Assembly (NCBI GenBank): GCA_963767925.1
Contig: CAVYGB010000008.1
Span: 224,001 to 288,000 of the forward strand
Source: an uncultured delta proteobacterium
GTDB taxonomy: Bacteria; Myxococcota_A; Polyangia; Fen-1088
DNA: 64,000 bases
Direction of reading: 5' to 3'
A program made the position numbers and the translations under genes. The notes beneath the pieces were generated by a model that was not told the origin of the DNA, did no database searches, and was given only the letters and a program-made list of their open reading frames with translations. Below, piece by piece: positions 58,923-64,000 of this stretch (position 1 is the first letter of the stretch; the number at the start of each line of letters is the position of its first letter).

Positions 58923-58934
58923 GGAGGCGGGTAC

Positions 58935-59253
58935 GTGGCCAAACCGGATCCAGCGTCGGATCAGTCGGATCAAATGACGGGTGAAGCGCGCTCCCGGCTC
59001 AAGATCCGCAACAAGCTCGGCTTGCACGCGCGGGCCGCGGTGAAGTTCGTCCAGCTCGCGAGCCAGTTCAAGGCCGATATCACGGTGAGCAAGGACGGGC
59101 AGGACGCCAACGGCAAGAGCATCATGGGCCTGCTCACCCTGGTGGCGGCCTGCGGGATGGAGATCGAGGTCGCCGTCACAGGCGCCGACGCCGAGCCGGC
59201 GATGGCGGCCCTGGCGGCCCTGGTGAACCGGGGCTTCGACGAGGGAGTCACCG

Positions 59254-59261
<8 letters not shown>
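58935..59261 (+). CDS. ptsH: Phosphocarrier HPr
   Basis: NKLGLHARAA, ANGKSIMGLL; GAGGAGG RBS. Confidence 0.93.
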
Positions 59262-61042
<1,781 letters not shown>

Positions 61043-61222
61043 GGACCGCGTCGGACGCCCGACGCCATCGACGTTTTGCTCGACGGCGTCCATCCCGCAG
61101 GGGCGGGACCCCGAGGGCGTTGGCGCGACCGAGGGTCCGGCTGTAGTAACCCCCCCTGTCCCTGGTATTGAAGTAGACTATCCGCGGGTTCGGGGGCGGA
61201 CCCGGGTCCTTCCAGTGCGCTC

Positions 61223-62890
61223 ATGAACATGCGCCTTTTCGTCACCATTTCTCTGCTCGTGGCCGGGGCTGGTTGCCTGCCGGAAGATCCGGCCGTCCAG
61301 GGCCGTCTGCTCTATCCGGGCATCAACGTCGAGAACCCGACCTTCGCCGACTACGAGGTCCTCGGTGGCGAGCCCTGGGTCTTCTTCAACGTCCGGCAGC
61401 GCCGGCCGGCCGACGGCCTGGGCGGCATGGTCGATCTGCACCGGGTGCACTGGGACGACGGCCGGCTGGAGGTGGTGGTGGCGGGCGTCTCCGAGCGATC
61501 GGAGTGGTCGAGCCACGAGACCGACGCCGAAGGGGCCACCTACTACATGCTCGAGGAGCGGCTGGTGGAGAAGGCCGGCCTGGCGGTCGGCACCCTCGCC
61601 CGGGTCACCCTGGAAGGTGGCATCCGGGAGACGATCCCGGACGTGCTGAGCTACGGCCTCCATTCCAGCCGCCAGCGCTTCCACTACAAGAAACACGTCC
61701 CCAGCTTGCGCTGGCCCGAGCTGCACCTGCGCACCCTGGCCGGCGAAGACCGGAATCTGGGGCCGGTGTCCGGGCAGATCCAGTTCGTCGGGACCAACAA
61801 GCTCTATTTCATCAGCGGGGACGACCAGACCATGGTCCGCATGGTGGGCCTGGACAGCGAGCCCCAGGTCCTGCGCGCCGGGGTCACCCGGTTCGAGCTG
61901 CACTACCTGGAGAAGCTGGCCATCGTCACCCTCAAGGAAGAGATGGCGGTGCGGACGGTGGTCCTCGATCTGGACACGTTCAAGGAGCGCCCCCTGCCGG
62001 TGGAGAACCCCTGCTGCTGGCTCGGGCTGCGGGGCAACGTCGCCATGTTCGCCGAGAGCGCCAGCGGGGGCACCCCGGCCAAGCTCCACAGCTTCGACAT
62101 CGTGTCGGGAGCGCACGACGTCGTCCTCATGCCCGAGGGGCTGGCCGACGTGCGATCGATCATCCCTCGATCGCCCTTTCCCGATTCGCTCGTCGTCGAC
62201 GGCGCCGGCCGGCTGGCCCTCATGCGCCCGGGGCAGCCGCCCACCGTCGAGCTCCTCAACCTTCGCCCCAGCGTCCCGAAGTTCACCTCCGACGGCAAGC
62301 ACCTCATCTATATCGAGCGCGAGCCGGATCCTCCTCCCCCGGCGGTCAATAGCACGCCCTCCGGCCAGCTCATGGTCCAGGACGCCGAGCAGTGGGACCT
62401 GCCTCCCCGCGTGTTGACCCCCCCGGGATCGAGTTGCCTCATCGCGCCCAGCCCGGGGTATCTTTTGCCCGTCGACCGGCCCCGCCAGGTGATCTTCTGG
62501 GCCAGGTTCGGGCTGGGGGCCTCCGACCTCTACCTCACCGATCTCGACTCTCGCCAGACGCTGAAGCTGGCGGTGGGCATCGGCGCGGTGGCCATCGGGG
62601 GCCGCAACGTCCTGGGGGTCGTCCGCATCAATCAGGACCTCACCGGCGACCTCGTGCACCGGGACTTTCTCACCGGGGACGAGGAGATCATCGAGCACAG
62701 CGTGGCCGCGGCCACCACCCGCGATGATCCGGTGTTCGGGCCCATGGTGGCGTTCGTGGTGCGCGAGCGGATGGTCTCCTCCCACCGCAACGGCCTGTGG
62801 GCCGCGCCTCTGAAGCTGCTGCCCCCTCCCGAGGAGCGGGGCAACACCATCCGCCTCCCCGATCCGGACGCCGCCCTGACGCCGCCCTGA
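61223..62890 (+). CDS. Hypothetical lipoprotein, probably beta-propeller-like
   Basis: Lipobox GAGC; repeated short beta-strand units, PKFTSDGKHLIY. Confidence 0.65.
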   Translation: MNMRLFVTISLLVAGAGCLPEDPAVQGRLLYPGINVENPTFADYEVLGGEPWVFFNVRQRRPADGLGGMVDLHRVHWDDGRLEVVVAGVSERSEWSSHETDAEGATYYMLEERLVEKAGLAVGTLARVTLEGGIRETIPDVLSYGLHSSRQRFHYKKHVPSLRWPELHLRTLAGEDRNLGPVSGQIQFVGTNKLYFISGDDQTMVRMVGLDSEPQVLRAGVTRFELHYLEKLAIVTLKEEMAVRTVVLDLDTFKERPLPVENPCCWLGLRGNVAMFAESASGGTPAKLHSFDIVSGAHDVVLMPEGLADVRSIIPRSPFPDSLVVDGAGRLALMRPGQPPTVELLNLRPSVPKFTSDGKHLIYIEREPDPPPPAVNSTPSGQLMVQDAEQWDLPPRVLTPPGSSCLIAPSPGYLLPVDRPRQVIFWARFGLGASDLYLTDLDSRQTLKLAVGIGAVAIGGRNVLGVVRINQDLTGDLVHRDFLTGDEEIIEHSVAAATTRDDPVFGPMVAFVVRERMVSSHRNGLWAAPLKLLPPPEERGNTIRLPDPDAALTPP

Positions 62891-62895
62891 CGCCC

Positions 62896-64000
62896 ATGAT
62901 CACCACGTTCGCCTGTCTCGTCCTGCTCGGCCTGACAGCGCCCGCCCCCGACGCGGGCCCCTTGCCCCCGGCTCCCGACGCCGGCGTGCCCGCCCCCGCA
63001 CCGGACGCGGCCCTTCCGGCGGCGGCTCCGGTCGCGCCGTCGGACCAGGAGGCGGCGGCGCCCGCGGTGGCTGCGCCGGCCGCGCCGGCTGCCTCGCCGC
63101 CCACTGCGCCCGCCCCTCCAGCGCCGGCGGTCCGGAGCGTGGTGGTGCGGGGGGTGGTGCTCGCCCGGGGCACCCGGGATCCGGTCGTGCAGGCCAGCGT
63201 GCTCGTGGATGCGGTCGGGCTCGCCGAGAGCGACGACCTCGGGCGCTTCGTGATCGAGGTGTCCCCCGGTCGCCACCGCCTCCAGATCCAGGCTCCCGGC
63301 TTCGATCCCGCGGACGTTCCCCTCGATCTCCGTCCCGACGGCCCCGAGGCCGCGCTCACGGTCCGCCTCATGCCACGGCTCAGCGGCGAGCGCTACGAGA
63401 CGGTCGTCTCGACGTCCGCGCAGGCGGCCATCGAGCTGAACCAGAACGACTTGACCCGCACCGCCGGATCCCTGGGCGAGCCCTTCCGGGTCATCGAGTC
63501 GCTCCCCGGCGTGACCCAGGTTGCCTGGCCGCTCTCGCTGTACGCCATCCGGGGGGCCAACCCGGGCAACACGGGCTTTTTCCTCGACGGCGTCCGCTTG
63601 CCGGCCCTGTTCCACTTCGCCCTGGGTCCGGCCGTCATTCACCCTCACTTCCTCGAGAAGATGGAGTTCTATCCGGGCGGCTACCCGGCCCAGTACGGCC
63701 GCTTCGTCTCGGGCGTCGTGGCGGCGTCCACCGCCTCACCAAAGCCGGATCGGGTGCGAGGATCGGTCGACGTCCGCCTGTTCGACGCCGGCGGCATCGT
63801 CACCACCCCCTTCAACGAGGGCCGCGGCACCGTGGCCCTCGCGGGGCGCTATTCCTACACCGGCCTGCTCTTCTCGCTGCTCTCGCCCGACTATACTCTG
63901 CGCTACTGGGACTACCAGGGGCGCATCGATCACGCGCTCGGGCCCGGCCGGCTGACGCTGTTCGCCTTTGGATCGAGCGACATCCTGGCCAACAAGTCCT
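62896..64000 (+). CDS. TonB-dependent receptor (myxobacterial type), truncated by the window end
   Basis: Not in the ORF track; translated by hand from ATG at 62896. Pro/Ala stalk, VRGVVLARGTRDPV, GSLGEPFRVIESLPGV, IRGANPGNT, LFHF..GP, YPGGYPAQYGR, YWDYQ. Confidence 0.85.
   Translation, partial: MITTFACLVLLGLTAPAPDAGPLPPAPDAGVPAPAPDAALPAAAPVAPSDQEAAAPAVAAPAAPAASPPTAPAPPAPAVRSVVVRGVVLARGTRDPVVQASVLVDAVGLAESDDLGRFVIEVSPGRHRLQIQAPGFDPADVPLDLRPDGPEAALTVRLMPRLSGERYETVVSTSAQAAIELNQNDLTRTAGSLGEPFRVIESLPGVTQVAWPLSLYAIRGANPGNTGFFLDGVRLPALFHFALGPAVIHPHFLEKMEFYPGGYPAQYGRFVSGVVAASTASPKPDRVRGSVDVRLFDAGGIVTTPFNEGRGTVALAGRYSYTGLLFSLLSPDYTLRYWDYQGRIDHALGPGRLTLFAFGSSDILANKS

Overview
Very GC-rich (roughly 70-75%) bacterial chromosomal DNA. 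Gene content suggests Myxococcota, possibly a Polyangia-like lineage: Cys-rich lipoproteins, Oar-like TonB receptors, Pro/Gly-stalked lipoproteins and sigma-54 activators. This placement is an inference. From left to right the window holds two lipoprotein dihaem c-type cytochromes, a hybrid histidine kinase, an orphan groEL with a His/Asp tail, a DUF362/polyferredoxin/Tat-AKR redox operon, a MotB-like gene and an ethanolamine permease. A lamin-tail/CotH kinase pair follows. At 19.4-28.9 kb lies a surface-protein locus: four paralogous endostatin/C-type-lectin-fold lipoproteins, an orphan C-terminal cassette of the same family, a TonB receptor and a Cys-rich protein with a low-GC tip. Next come a coupled rnhB-hypothetical-LigD polymerase operon, two sigma-54 activators with a kinase, sigma-54-promoter outer-membrane operons, a dGTPase-like gene and an SLT-M23 fusion. 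The housekeeping block pyrG-(GT87)-rpoN-hpf-ptsN-hprK-rapZ-IIA-ptsH-ptsI lacks the usual kds/lpt LPS genes. About 22 single-base frameshifts, many in conserved genes, look like long-read indel errors rather than pseudogenes. I recognised no rRNA, tRNA, CRISPR array, transposase, integrase or reverse transcriptase. All family calls come from motif recognition by eye; no searches were run.
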